A program made the translations under genes and the position numbers. Positions 38,504 to 48,903 of a stretch of 64,000 bases of DNA are shown piece by piece. How positions within the stretch are numbered: position 1 is the first letter of the stretch; every line of letters starts with the position of its first letter. Source of the DNA: Candidatus Collierbacteria bacterium (lineage in GTDB: Bacteria; Patescibacteriota; Microgenomatia; UBA1400; JACPES01); the NCBI GenBank assembly GCA_016183365.1, contig JACPES010000003.1, positions 13,726 to 77,725 of the forward strand. Reading direction: 5' to 3'. The notes under the pieces are model-generated. The model did not search any database. It was given only the letters and a program-made list of their open reading frames with translations, and was not told where the DNA came from.

Positions 38504-39892
38504 CTAGGCTATTCTCTTTCTGACTTCAGCTAAAGCCCCCCTCAAATGGGCGTTGGTGGCTAGCTCGGCTGTTATTTTATCCGTGGCGTGAATAACAGTG
38601 GAATGGTCTCTGCCTCCAAAAATCCGGCCAATGGAGACCAATGGTAACTGGGCTTCGGTTTTTAAAATATACATGGCTAAATGGCGCGGAATAACCAAAT
38701 CTTTTTGACGACGGCCCCCCTTTATCTCTGCGGACCTGATCCCGAAAACCTCGCAAACAGCGGAGATAACACTGTTGGGAGAAATTTTAGTCAACGGCTG
38801 ATTTTGATTACTGCTTTCAGATGTATTTGCCTTGAACGATTTAATTACTTTCTCGGCAACCTCAATTGTAATTTTATTCCCATGGATTTGGGTTTCCGCC
38901 AATAGTCGTTTTAAGACACCTTCCAAAAAGCGGGTGCTTTCGATATTTCCGGCGATTAATTGAGCCACGTCCATGGGGATGTCTATCCCCCAAGCTTTAG
39001 CCTTAATTAAGACGATGGCAGCGCGTAATTCAAAACTAGGCTGTTGGATATCAATGGTTAAGCCACCCTCAAAACGGCTTTTTAATCTGGCTTCCAACCC
39101 CAAGATTTCGCTGGGGAACTGGTCGCTGGTTAGGACAATTTGTCCGCCCTCCTGATGGATGGCGTTGAAAGTATGGAAAAATTCTTCCTGGACCTTGTCT
39201 TTGCCCCCGATAAATTGGATGTCATCAAGCATCAGGGCTTTGACGGATCGGTATCTTTTACGGAATTCGGCCGTGGTTTTATATTGAATGGCCTCGATAA
39301 TTTCATTGGTAAATTGTTCAGCGCTGCGGTAAATGACTTTGGTTTGAGGGTCGGCTTCCAAAATCCGATGGCCGATCCCCTGCATCAAATGGGTTTTGCC
39401 CACTCCCACTCCGCCAAACAAAAATAACAGGTGGTAGGCTTGACCCGGATTGCGGCTAACGGCTTGAGCGGCGGCATAGGCCATTTCGTTGGTGGAACTA
39501 ACGGCGAATTGTTCAAACGTAAAATCCGGCCTTAAATGGGCGGCTTGAGTACTGCGGTGATAGGCGGCCCGGGAATCATCGGCCGCCGAAAAAAGCGGCC
39601 CGTATGAAGATAACGGTAAAGTCTGTTTGGAGTCCGGGGCGGCCAAAGTAAACTGCAGCTCGCAGCTTTTATGAGTAACTCTTTCAAAAGCATCTTTAAT
39701 CTGTTGGCTGCAGTTGGTTTTAATCCATTGTTGGTGGAAAGATGACGAGGCTGCTAGCAGGGCGGAAATTTTTTCTTCGTCTTCTTCTACTTTTTCTAAT
39801 TTGGTCTGGGAAATAAAGGAGCTGAAGGTTCCGGCAGACAGCTCCACCCTTAAATCTTCCTGAACAGTTTTCCACAGCTCAATCGTATTCAT
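38504..39892 (-). CDS. dnaA: Chromosomal replication initiator DnaA
   Basis: GGVGVGKTHL, DDIQF, QEEFFHTFN, GGRDHSTVIHA. Confidence 0.98.
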   Translation of the reverse strand: MNTIELWKTVQEDLRVELSAGTFSSFISQTKLEKVEEDEEKISALLAASSSFHQQWIKTNCSQQIKDAFERVTHKSCELQFTLAAPDSKQTLPLSSYGPLFSAADDSRAAYHRSTQAAHLRPDFTFEQFAVSSTNEMAYAAAQAVSRNPGQAYHLLFLFGGVGVGKTHLMQGIGHRILEADPQTKVIYRSAEQFTNEIIEAIQYKTTAEFRKRYRSVKALMLDDIQFIGGKDKVQEEFFHTFNAIHQEGGQIVLTSDQFPSEILGLEARLKSRFEGGLTIDIQQPSFELRAAIVLIKAKAWGIDIPMDVAQLIAGNIESTRFLEGVLKRLLAETQIHGNKITIEVAEKVIKSFKANTSESSNQNQPLTKISPNSVISAVCEVFGIRSAEIKGGRRQKDLVIPRHLAMYILKTEAQLPLVSIGRIFGGRDHSTVIHATDKITAELATNAHLRGALAEVRKRIA

Positions 39893-39987
39893 ATCTAGGG
39901 CAAATTTATAAAGTTTTCCACACTTAGTCAAGAAGAAAAAAAGACGAAGGGCTTGTTAAGTCAATAAAGACCAAGTAGAATATGTTC

Positions 39988-40152
39988 ATGGCGAAAACGA
40001 AAAGAACTTATCAGCCTTCCAAAGTCCACCGGGCCCGGACGCACGGATTCAGAAAAAGAAGCTCGACTAAAAGCGGAAAGAACATTTTACGCGACCGTCG
40101 CCGAAAAGGCCGGAAAAAAATGGCGGTAAAAGTGTGGAAAAAGGCTCATTGA
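39988..40152 (+). CDS. rpmH: 50S ribosomal protein L34 (absent from ORF track)
   Basis: [24 protein letters not shown]...RRRKGRKK. Confidence 0.95.
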   Translation: MAKTKRTYQPSKVHRARTHGFRKRSSTKSGKNILRDRRRKGRKKMAVKVWKKAH

Positions 40153-40159
40153 AAGAAGG

Positions 40160-40238
40160 AATGGCTACAATGGCTACAATGACTACAATGGTTTGATACT
40201 TTTAACCATTTTAACCATTTAACCATTTTAACCATTTA
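40160..40238. repeat. Gene-less inverted 9-mer arrays
   Basis: AATGGCTAC x3-4, then TTTAACCAT x4. Confidence 0.85.
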
Positions 40239-40243
40239 GTCGT

Positions 40244-40575
40244 TTGCTCCCTAAACGTTTCAGACTCTCCAAACAAGAATTTAAACAGGTAATGGACGAT
40301 GGCCAAATGGCGTCGGGAAGGCTGATGGGGATAATAATAGGGACAAGGGACAAGGGACAAGGGAATTGCCAAAAGCGGGAATTATTGTCAGCAAGAAATT
40401 GTCGAATAAAGCCGTGGTCAGAAATAAATTAAAACGGCGGTTGCGGGCGGCGCTGCAGGCTGTTTTGCCGGAAATTCATTCAGAACCGCACTTGGTAGTA
40501 CTGCCCAATCGTCGCGCCCTCAACACTTCTGTCGGGGAATTGGAATCCGAGCTTCGTTCTATCCTAACAATTTAA
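40244..40575 (+). pseudogene. rnpA: RNase P protein, frameshifted within a heptamer array
   Basis: MLPKRFRL... in one frame and GIIVSKKLSNKAVVRNKLKRR in another; (AGGGACA)3 at 40339-40359. Confidence 0.85.
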
Positions 40576-40601
40576 CAATTCAGCAATGTACCAATGAAAT
40601 A

Positions 40602-40817
40602 ATGAAACGCTTATTTATTTTCGCCATTAACTTTTATCAACGCCTGAAGCGTTTTTTAGGCCTGTCTTCAGTTTGCCGTTTTACACCGTCTTGTTCCGAA
40701 TACGCTAAACAAGCCATAGACCGCCATGGTATCATCAGGGGATCGTCGCTGGGGTTTAAACGAATCTTTCGTTGTCATCCGTGGTCAAAAGGAGGATTAG
40801 ACTCAGTGCCGAAATAA
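40602..40817 (+). CDS. yidD: Membrane protein insertion efficiency factor
   Basis: CRFTPSCSEYA...RCHPWSKGG. Confidence 0.95.
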   Translation: MKRLFIFAINFYQRLKRFLGLSSVCRFTPSCSEYAKQAIDRHGIIRGSSLGFKRIFRCHPWSKGGLDSVPK

Positions 40818-40820
40818 AAA

Positions 40821-40954
40821 AATTTCCAATTTACAATTTACAATTTTCAATCAAATCTCAATTAACCAATTTTCAATTTTTAATTAAATGCTTGTGTCAT
40901 TTAAAATTCATTCTTTGAAAATTCATTGTAAATTGAAAATTGAGAATTGAAAAT
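40821..40954. repeat. Gene-less inverted heptamer arrays
   Basis: CAATTTW units left, AAAATTG units right. Confidence 0.8.
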
Positions 40955-40964
40955 TAGTCAAGCC

Positions 40965-41744
40965 ATGTTCAACACTTATCTCTATCAACCAATCTTGCAG
41001 TCTTTGATCTTTTTCTATCACCTGTTGGGAGATTCCTTCGGGTGGGCGATTATCGGAATGACTTTTGTGATCCGGTTGCTTTCGGCCCCATTAACAATTC
41101 CGGCCATGCGGGTCCAACAGAAACTGCAGAAACTCCACCCCGAATTGGAAAAACTTAAAAAGACACATACTGATAAGAAGGAACTGCAAAAAGCCCAACT
41201 GGAACTTTACCGCCAACATGGAGTTAATCCCGGCGCCGGGTGTCTGCCGCAAATCGTTCAGATAGTTATTTTGATCGCCCTTTATCAAGTATTTATGAAA
41301 TTTTTAAATGGCGGAATGGTTGATGGTCAGGCCGTAAATATGAACTTTTGGTGGCTAGATTTATCCAAACCGGATAAATATTATATTTTGCCCTTCTTGG
41401 CCGGAACCACCCAGCTGGTTTTTTCCATGATGCTAAAGCCGGGAACGGAACACCATGAAGAAAGCAGAAAGATTGTTGAAAGAAAAGAAGAGTCCCGCGG
41501 AACGGGATCCGGCTCCGCCGGAAAAACAGAAATGGATATGGCCACTGAAATCCAAAACCAAATGTTGTTTATGATGCCGCTGATGACAACCATAATCTCG
41601 TTAAAATTCCCCTCCGGCCTGGCCCTATATTGGGTAATGACCACTGTTTTTTCCATAATCCAGCAATGGATAATGACCGGTCCCGGAGGCTTAAGATATT
41701 TTTTCAAAAAAGCCCTTGATATAATTGGCATATGGAAGAAATAA
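40965..41744 (+). CDS. yidC: YidC/Oxa1 insertase
   Basis: GVNPGAGCLPQIVQ, FPSGLALYW; synteny with rnpA-yidD-jag. Confidence 0.95.
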   Translation: MFNTYLYQPILQSLIFFYHLLGDSFGWAIIGMTFVIRLLSAPLTIPAMRVQQKLQKLHPELEKLKKTHTDKKELQKAQLELYRQHGVNPGAGCLPQIVQIVILIALYQVFMKFLNGGMVDGQAVNMNFWWLDLSKPDKYYILPFLAGTTQLVFSMMLKPGTEHHEESRKIVERKEESRGTGSGSAGKTEMDMATEIQNQMLFMMPLMTTIISLKFPSGLALYWVMTTVFSIIQQWIMTGPGGLRYFFKKALDIIGIWKK

Positions 41745-42211
41745 ATAAAAAAATAAAAAAAGTTTTGGAAGAATTGTTGAAACTGATGGGAATTGCAGAT
41801 TTTTCGGTGGAAGTCAGTCAACTAGATGAAAACGTAATGGCTGCGGTAACGGTTCCCCAGGAAGAATCCGGAATTCTAATCGGCTATCACGGCGAGACGC
41901 AAGCGGCCTTACAGTATTTAACCGGTCAAATTGTTAATAAGGGTCAGGAAAAATGGGATAGGATTATAGTTAATATAAACGGTTATCGCGATCAGCGCGA
42001 GGCCCAATTGAAACAAATGGCCAACAATGCGGCGGACAGGGCCCTATCTTCAGGCAATGAAATTGAGATGCCCTTTTTAACTCCGGCCGAGAGAAGAATT
42101 ATTCACCTGGAATTATCTACCCGCCCCGATATTTCTTCTTATTCCGAAGGCGAGGGCCGAGATAGAAGATTGGTTATCGCTCCTAAAACCGCCGATCAGG
42201 ACAAAGCCTAA
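41732..42211 (+). CDS. jag: Jag/KhpB KH-R3H RNA-binding protein
   Basis: LIGYHGETQAALQ, ERRIIH, SEGEG. Confidence 0.92.
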   Translation: MEEINKKIKKVLEELLKLMGIADFSVEVSQLDENVMAAVTVPQEESGILIGYHGETQAALQYLTGQIVNKGQEKWDRIIVNINGYRDQREAQLKQMANNAADRALSSGNEIEMPFLTPAERRIIHLELSTRPDISSYSEGEGRDRRLVIAPKTADQDKA

Positions 42212-43285
42212 ATAAATTCCCAAGATTATTCTATTCTGTTGTGATGTTACCCAATAGTGGTCAAGAAGTGAGGTGGAGAAAACCGTTATTAGTCCGGGAA
42301 GAAGTGTCGGGGTTCTTTTCAAGACAGGATAAATTTTCAGCAATCCGATAAGTAAAATTGCGAATCCGAATATTCCGGTTTCGGCTAGAATAAGGAGAAA
42401 AACATTATGTGGAGGTTGGATGCTCCAAAAGCCCGGCGGAAAATAATTTGGAAGTTCTGTTAGTAATTTCCCCGGCCCGATTCCAAAAATCGGGAAATCG
42501 GAAAAAACCTTTAATGCGACCCGATTAAGAATGACGCGTCCGCTGGAACCCGATTCGGAAAAGGATATTATAGACTGGATGTAGGGTTTGTTAGCTAAAA
42601 CAAAATAAGACATAGACCCAATGAAAATTGCCAAAAGAGCGTTTCTGGAAAAGGTAAGCAAAATTCCTCCAATTGCCATCAGTCGCTGGGGCTTATTTTT
42701 CCATAGAATAAACGCCGCCAGTAACAGCCAGCCAGCCAAAGCATTTGGATGGGAAAAGGTTGCATAGGGTCGCAAAAATCTCTGACCAAAAAGATCAATC
42801 GTGGCGATATTAGGGGTAGCCAGAGAAAAAGTTCTTTCGCCGAATATCCACCACCAGCCGGTAGATTTTTTAATTGAGAATTGGACAACTTCTAATATCA
42901 GAGAAAATATCAAAGGGAAAAATAAACATTTTTTTATGCCTCGAATGATGCCAAAATTCCTGCCGTTGATATAAATAATCCAAGCCAGCGCCGGTATTTG
43001 AAGATATCTTAAAGACCAATAGACGGAGGGAATATTTCCTTTTCCTGAAAAAAGTGATAATCCCAAAAAAATCGTAATTAATATTTTTGGGAATAAAGCT
43101 TGACGGAATTTAATGAAAGAAATAATTAGTACCCCTATAAATATTAAGTCGGTTAAATAAATAGTAGGAGACAGATAGTCAACTTTTATTCCATTAACCA
43201 AACTCCACGCCGGCCAAAAATGAAATCCCAGCTGGGCGGGAGACAACAGTACCAAAAGTATTATCAGCCAGTAGTTGATTTTCAT
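42113..43285 (-). CDS. O-antigen ligase-like (Wzy_C) membrane protein
   Basis: RPYATFSHPNALAG, TFSR, PIFGIG, PHNVFL. Confidence 0.88.
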   Translation of the reverse strand: MKINYWLIILLVLLSPAQLGFHFWPAWSLVNGIKVDYLSPTIYLTDLIFIGVLIISFIKFRQALFPKILITIFLGLSLFSGKGNIPSVYWSLRYLQIPALAWIIYINGRNFGIIRGIKKCLFFPLIFSLILEVVQFSIKKSTGWWWIFGERTFSLATPNIATIDLFGQRFLRPYATFSHPNALAGWLLLAAFILWKNKPQRLMAIGGILLTFSRNALLAIFIGSMSYFVLANKPYIQSIISFSESGSSGRVILNRVALKVFSDFPIFGIGPGKLLTELPNYFPPGFWSIQPPHNVFLLILAETGIFGFAILLIGLLKIYPVLKRTPTLLPGLITVFSTSLLDHYWVTSQQNRIILGIYLGFVLIGGFRSDNQSSISALAFGIRRNIGAGR

Positions 43286-43308
43286 AAGTAAATGTACAAT
43301 ATCACCAA

Positions 43309-43752
43309 ATGAAATTAGTTATTCATGCCGACGGAGGCTCCAGGGGAAATCCGGGCCCGGCCGCCTATGGCGTCATCATCGTCGATGAAACCGGGAAACA
43401 AATAGCCATATTAGGGAAATCCATTGGGGTTAGCACCAACAATCAGGCCGAGTATAAGGGAGTAATTGTCGCGTTGGAACTAGTTAAACAATTGATATTG
43501 GCAGGGAAAAAATTTTCCTCGCTGGAATTTTATTTGGATTCTGATTTAATCGTCAATCAACTGTCCGGGAAATATAAAATCAAGTCGCCCGTGTTGGCGA
43601 TGCTGGCGATAAAAGCCAAAAACTTAGAAAAAGAAATTTCTGTCTCCACGGTTTATAATTATATTCCCCGAGAGCAAAATAAATTGGCAGATAAAATTGT
43701 TAATCAGGTTCTTGACTTAAAAATGCCGGTATATGAAATAGATTTAGCCTGA
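43309..43752 (+). CDS. rnhA: Ribonuclease HI family
   Basis: DGGSRGNPGPAA, TNNQAEY, DSDL, PREQNKLAD. Confidence 0.95.
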   Translation: MKLVIHADGGSRGNPGPAAYGVIIVDETGKQIAILGKSIGVSTNNQAEYKGVIVALELVKQLILAGKKFSSLEFYLDSDLIVNQLSGKYKIKSPVLAMLAIKAKNLEKEISVSTVYNYIPREQNKLADKIVNQVLDLKMPVYEIDLA

Positions 43753-43906
43753 TCCCAGTCAATCTATTGAAATTTCAATTGACCAAAATATGACCGAATG
43801 GGTACTTTCGCCAGCGAAAGTACCTACTTTCGTTCCCCAAGTTGACCTGAATAACCAAAAATAACTTGGCACTAATGACATCGCAGTATTTTTTTGGTAA
43901 AGTAAT

Positions 43907-44755
43907 ATGAAAGACATGAAAAATTATTTGGTAGAAGTCGAAACAGTTAATAGCGAGATTAGGTCTGTGCTGATCGGAGGTGGATATATCGCTCAAAAGT
44001 TAGCATTTATTTTGCATAACAGAGGGTTGTCATGCGCGATTATTTCCAGCCCGAAAGACTTAGACTTATCAGCCTCGCCGGAATTTATTTTTTTATTTAT
44101 GGATGGATTGGAATTGGTGCCGGAAATGATTTTAAATTTTGTGGAGTCAGTCAGGACAAAATTAATTATAGTTACCGCTGACGGTGCTCCCGCGGAAGAT
44201 GTGGTTCGACAATGTTTGTCCAAAGATATTGATTTTTGTTCAGCCTCAATTTACAACCTCTATGGAGGCGGAGAATTTGGCGGAATTTTGGACGCTATTT
44301 TTTCTGAAGTTAAAGATGGCAAACTTTATACTTTTAAAAATGATCAAATTATTGTAACCCCACTTTATATTGACGACGCCGTGGAAGGTCTTTGCCGGAT
44401 AGCGTTTTCTACCCAAACTTTTAAAAAAAACTTTTTGTTAACCGGAATAGAAGAAGTTCCGTTGGTGGGCTTTGTAAACAGAATCGCGGCAGAAGCAGGC
44501 AGAATCTTTGGATTTATATTAAAGTCTGAAGAACACCGTCAAGCATATCCGGACATCGTTGTCCGCCATGAAAAAATCTTACAAAGAGATGAATCATGTT
44601 TATTGCTTAACTGGCAGCCGGAAGTCGGTTTATCTGAGGGGATTAAGACGGCCTTAGAATTATTAAAGTCCATAAATAATAACTTGAGAGGCCAGATTGC
44701 AGAGGTTGCAAAGGAGCAACCGGAAGTTAAAAAAAAAACGACTTTAAGCCTATAA
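43907..44755 (+). CDS. Degenerate NAD-epimerase-like domain; probable 5' half of a gene split at an A10 tract
   Basis: IGGGYIA, NLYG, PLYIDDAVEG, LNWQPEVGLSEGI. Confidence 0.65.
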   Translation: MKDMKNYLVEVETVNSEIRSVLIGGGYIAQKLAFILHNRGLSCAIISSPKDLDLSASPEFIFLFMDGLELVPEMILNFVESVRTKLIIVTADGAPAEDVVRQCLSKDIDFCSASIYNLYGGGEFGGILDAIFSEVKDGKLYTFKNDQIIVTPLYIDDAVEGLCRIAFSTQTFKKNFLLTGIEEVPLVGFVNRIAAEAGRIFGFILKSEEHRQAYPDIVVRHEKILQRDESCLLLNWQPEVGLSEGIKTALELLKSINNNLRGQIAEVAKEQPEVKKKTTLSL

Positions 44756-44799
44756 AATCTTCATCTAAGCCGCGACTTAAATTTACAAAAAAAATTCTT

Positions 44800-46458
44800 G
44801 TGTTAATAATTCTATTGCCAAGCGTTGTCTTTTTGCCATTGTTGGCATTATTTAGCTTAAAGGTTTTGGCGAATAAAATAATGGAATCAAAGCCTTCAGA
44901 TTCTGGGTTAGGAATGATGGCAGAATTATCACAGGCAGGAATAACTTTAACCAGGGTTTATTCTTCAATTTTGCCGGAAGACATGGGAACATTTTTCAGA
45001 ACGGCTGAAAAAAAATACTCATCCCGACTTTTAATTTATGGTCTAAAAAATCAAACCGAAATGGCTATTAGTCAGGTCATAAACGGGGGATCTGGAACGC
45101 CTGAAGCATTTTCATCAATGGAACAAAAGGCAAATGATTTATTAAAGCAACTAGACCCCGGGGATAGTTCCAGAAAACCAATCGCTTTCGGAAGAGAATT
45201 GTTACCTTTGGCCAAATGGGCAATGGGCTTTGACCGAAAAAAAACATTTTTATTAGTTTTACAAAATTCTATGGAACAAAGGCCAACCGGAGGGTTAATC
45301 GAAGGATTGGGAGTGGCGGTTTTGGAAAAAGGCCGACTGCTGGATTTGACATGGTCTAGACCGGACGATGTTGAGGTAGCTTTAACCGGGACGGAGGACT
45401 CACCCCAGCCGATCAAAACCATGTTGGCAGAATCCAGGTTATTATTCCGCGATGCCAATTGGTCAATCGACGGCCCGAGCGCCGCGGTTCAATTAAAAAA
45501 AATGTATGAAAGGGCTACCGGCCGCGGAGCGGATGGAGTAATATTCTTTTCCACCAAAGGATTTGAAGATATTATTTCTGAAGTTGGAAAAGTGCCAATC
45601 GGGCCTAATCTAGAAATAACCGCCGAAAACTTAAAAGAAAAATCTGCCTTCGCCGGACCGGAATTTACTCTCCAAATCGCCGGAGCGATGTTTGAAACCT
45701 TTAAAGCCGTGCCTTTTCCGGTAATCCAAGGGATTATCAAGGCTTTACAAAACGAGAATATTCTGGTTGTTCCTTTCGCAGCGGATTCGGCCAGACTGGC
45801 GGCCCAACAGGGAATTGACGGCGGGGTAAGAAAACTTTTATGCCCGGCTCAATTATATTCGTCAAAATGTTCCCAAAATTTTATTTATTTAGTTGACGCG
45901 AATTTGGGAGCCAAGAGATCAGATTATTTTCTTAAAAAAGGCCGTCGGGCCTTGGTGACTTTAGCCCCTGATTCTCCGCCGGCTGTAACTTTGGAATTAG
46001 CTTATGCCAATACCTCGACAGTCGGCGGTTCGTCTACGGCTTATCGCGGATATACCCGGGCAGTTATTCCGCTAGAGAGCGTGATTCAGTCTGTTATTGA
46101 GGTGAAAAACGGTCAGGCGGTCCAAATCATGCCAGATAATTATATCGAATTTGGCCAACATATCATTGGTTTTCCTGTTGAAATAATGCCGGGAGAGGCC
46201 TTGTTGATAAAAATAAATTATATTTCGACGAATAAAATTCCAATCGAAAGAGGAATCGGAGCGTACGTCTTGAACCTTAAAAAACAGGCGGGGGATTCCG
46301 TGGAAACCGAAGTCCAGATTAAATTGGGGAATGGCATGACTCCTTTATCGGTTTATCCCCGGGCCGGAATTTCGGATAGCAGCCTGATTTTTAGGCTGAC
46401 TATGGAAAAGTCCGATTCGGCGGCAGTCGAGTTCGCCCTAAACGATTTATTTCGCTAG
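44800..46458 (+). CDS. TM + DUF4012-like protein (probable 3' half)
   Basis: LVLQNSMEQRPTGGLI, FRDANWSID, VDANLG. Confidence 0.8.
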   Translation: MLIILLPSVVFLPLLALFSLKVLANKIMESKPSDSGLGMMAELSQAGITLTRVYSSILPEDMGTFFRTAEKKYSSRLLIYGLKNQTEMAISQVINGGSGTPEAFSSMEQKANDLLKQLDPGDSSRKPIAFGRELLPLAKWAMGFDRKKTFLLVLQNSMEQRPTGGLIEGLGVAVLEKGRLLDLTWSRPDDVEVALTGTEDSPQPIKTMLAESRLLFRDANWSIDGPSAAVQLKKMYERATGRGADGVIFFSTKGFEDIISEVGKVPIGPNLEITAENLKEKSAFAGPEFTLQIAGAMFETFKAVPFPVIQGIIKALQNENILVVPFAADSARLAAQQGIDGGVRKLLCPAQLYSSKCSQNFIYLVDANLGAKRSDYFLKKGRRALVTLAPDSPPAVTLELAYANTSTVGGSSTAYRGYTRAVIPLESVIQSVIEVKNGQAVQIMPDNYIEFGQHIIGFPVEIMPGEALLIKINYISTNKIPIERGIGAYVLNLKKQAGDSVETEVQIKLGNGMTPLSVYPRAGISDSSLIFRLTMEKSDSAAVEFALNDLFR

Positions 46459-46488
46459 ATCAAGGCGTGTTATAATCTTAATCTATTT

Positions 46489-47214
46489 GTGAGTTCTCAA
46501 AAGTTATTATTAACCAGCGCTAAAAGAAAGATAGTCGGCCGCAAAGTAAAGTCTTTAAGAAAGGAAGGTCAGGTTCCCGCTAACGTTTTTGGGAAAAAGA
46601 TTAAATCATTGGCTGTTTCAGTTAAATCTATTGACTTCCGGAAAATTTTCTCAAAGGCGGGAGCCACAGGGATAATTTATTTAGAAGTAACCGGCGAAAA
46701 AGAACTAAGGCCGGTTTTAGTATCAACCATTCAAAAACACCCTCTGAACGGGAGTTTATTGCATATTGATTTCAGGCAGGTGGATTTAGCCGAAAAAGTG
46801 AAGGCCGAAGTTCCGATTAGAATAATCGGGGAGTCTTTGGCCGTTAAAGACAAAAACGGAGTTTTGGTTTTAGTTTTATCGCAGGTAATGGTGGAGGCTT
46901 TGCCGGCCGATTTGCCGGAAAGCTTAGACATTAGTATTCAAAGCTTGGTTGAGATCGGTCAAAGCGTTCATATCAAAGACATTAAGGTCGACAAAGCAAA
47001 GGTTAAAATTGAAGCCGGAGAAGATGAAACAGTGGTTATTATTCAAGAACCCAGAGCGGAAGAAGTTGAAGTGAAACCGGTAGTCGAGGTTGCCGCAATT
47101 GAAGGGGAGGAAGCTGCTAAGACCGAAGGAGAGAAGTTGCCGGCAGATGAAAAAAATCTTCAGCCGGGGACCTCCGCCAAGTCAACCGCCAAGCCTGCCG
47201 ATAAACAAAAATAA
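46489..47214 (+). CDS. rplY: 50S ribosomal protein L25/Ctc
   Basis: LRKEGQVPANVFG, LLHIDF, ALPADLP. Confidence 0.95.
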   Translation: MSSQKLLLTSAKRKIVGRKVKSLRKEGQVPANVFGKKIKSLAVSVKSIDFRKIFSKAGATGIIYLEVTGEKELRPVLVSTIQKHPLNGSLLHIDFRQVDLAEKVKAEVPIRIIGESLAVKDKNGVLVLVLSQVMVEALPADLPESLDISIQSLVEIGQSVHIKDIKVDKAKVKIEAGEDETVVIIQEPRAEEVEVKPVVEVAAIEGEEAAKTEGEKLPADEKNLQPGTSAKSTAKPADKQK

Positions 47215-47657
47215 TGTCCGACTGTATATTTTGTCTGATCGTTTCCGGCCAGATTCCATGCCACAAGGTTTTCGAAAATGAACATTTTTTGGGGTTTCTG
47301 GATATTTCGCCGGTGGTTGAAGGTCATGCTTTGGTCATTCCAAAAAAACACTTCAGGTGGGTTCATGAAGTTGAGGAATTCGGAGAGTTTTGGGAGGCAG
47401 CTCAAAAAGTAGGCCAAGCTCAAATTAATGGATTAAAAGCGGCCACTGTAGTATTTGCCACTGCCGGTTTCCAGGTTCCCCACGCTCATATTCACGTTAT
47501 GCCTTGTCTCGCAGTGGCCCGTAAGGGCGAAGGCGGACCCATGCCGCTGAAACAAAAAGGCGAGTACCTTCCGGGCGTCGAGTCAGCCAAGAGAATTAAT
47601 ATGTCTCCGTCCCAACTTCAAGAAGTGGCCGCCAAACTTCGGAATTCGGTAAAATAA
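47214..47657 (+). CDS. HIT-family hydrolase
   Basis: CIFC, GHALVIPKKH, VPHAHIHV. Confidence 0.95.
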   Translation: MSDCIFCLIVSGQIPCHKVFENEHFLGFLDISPVVEGHALVIPKKHFRWVHEVEEFGEFWEAAQKVGQAQINGLKAATVVFATAGFQVPHAHIHVMPCLAVARKGEGGPMPLKQKGEYLPGVESAKRINMSPSQLQEVAAKLRNSVK

Positions 47658-47756
47658 TCTCCGGAAGATTGCTAAATTGTCCTGCGGAGCAAGATCCTGC
47701 TTTGCAGGACTAAATGCCTCCACAATTTAACAATCTAACAATTTAACAATCTAACA

Positions 47757-48857
47757 ATGAAAATCCTTAACCTGAAAGAAACCTCTAAACATGACGCTAC
47801 CGCTCAATCAGTTAAAATTCTCCGAGCTGAGGGCCTTGTCATCTACCCCACCGAAACCGTTTACGGCGCCGGAGTTGATGCTACCAATCCGGCGGCGGTA
47901 AAAAAACTGGGCGAATATAAATCTAGGCCATTCGGCAAACCTTTTTCAATTGCCGTAGCCGATTGGAAAATGGCGGAAAAATATGTGGTTTTGAATGAAA
48001 CCGCCAAAAAACTTTACCGGCAATTTTTGCCCGGTCCGTTAACAATAATATCTAAACTAAAAACACTTAATTCTTCTAACCCTTCTAACCATTTTCTTTC
48101 TCCCGGCGTCGCCTCTGAAGCCGGAACACTGGGGATTAGGATTTCATCGTATCCGCTGGTTGCGAAAATTGTCAGGTCGTTGGGCAGGCCAATTACCGCC
48201 ACATCCGCCAACGAGGCTTACAAAAAAAGGCCATATCAGATATCAGATATTTTATTTAATATTTCAGACAGGAAGAAACAGCTGATAGATTTAATTATTG
48301 ATGCCGGAGAATTGCCGAGAAATGAACCGTCAACAGTTATAGACACCACTTTGGACGATCAGACAGTTCTGCGTCAGGGAGATATTCAATTAAAAGATAA
48401 AATCCACATTTTGTCCAGGACTCCGGAAAATACTCAAAATCTGGCCAAAGAACTATGGCAAAAATATGAGGGGTTCGTTGGAAAACGAGCGATTATTTTT
48501 GCTCTCGAAGGCCAACTCGGAGCAGGCAAAACCGAATTTACCAAAGGCCTGGCCCGGGCAATGGGGATAAAAAAGGAAATTACCTCGCCAACATTCAATT
48601 TGGTGAATCATTATTCTTTACTCTTTACTCCCTACTCCTTACTCCATATTGACGCTTGGCGTCTTGAATCATCATCAGAACTTGGATCATTGGACTTTTC
48701 TAAAACAATATCCGATAAGTCGGTGATAGCGGTAGAATGGGCCGATCGGGTAACAAACGTCATTCGCCGCTATCAGGAAGAAGCTGTCATCATCTGGGTC
48801 AAAATTAAATACGGAAAGTCCAAAAACGACCGTTTAATCAGCTGGGGAATTTTTTAG
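47757..48857 (+). CDS. tsaC: TsaC/Sua5-TsaE fusion (t6A biosynthesis)
   Basis: YPTETVYG, PGPLT, ITATSAN, PSTVID, then LEGQLGAGKT, SPTF, HIDAWRL, VEWAD. Confidence 0.93.
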   Translation: MKILNLKETSKHDATAQSVKILRAEGLVIYPTETVYGAGVDATNPAAVKKLGEYKSRPFGKPFSIAVADWKMAEKYVVLNETAKKLYRQFLPGPLTIISKLKTLNSSNPSNHFLSPGVASEAGTLGIRISSYPLVAKIVRSLGRPITATSANEAYKKRPYQISDILFNISDRKKQLIDLIIDAGELPRNEPSTVIDTTLDDQTVLRQGDIQLKDKIHILSRTPENTQNLAKELWQKYEGFVGKRAIIFALEGQLGAGKTEFTKGLARAMGIKKEITSPTFNLVNHYSLLFTPYSLLHIDAWRLESSSELGSLDFSKTISDKSVIAVEWADRVTNVIRRYQEEAVIIWVKIKYGKSKNDRLISWGIF

Positions 48858-48903
48858 CCCTTTAACCATTCTAACCATTTAAATAATTTTAACCATTTAT
48901 CTT

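Noticed and set aside
42113-42211. 99-bp convergent overlap of jag and the O-antigen ligase-like gene
   Set aside because: Likely simple stop-codon drift in a compact genome; no sign of function
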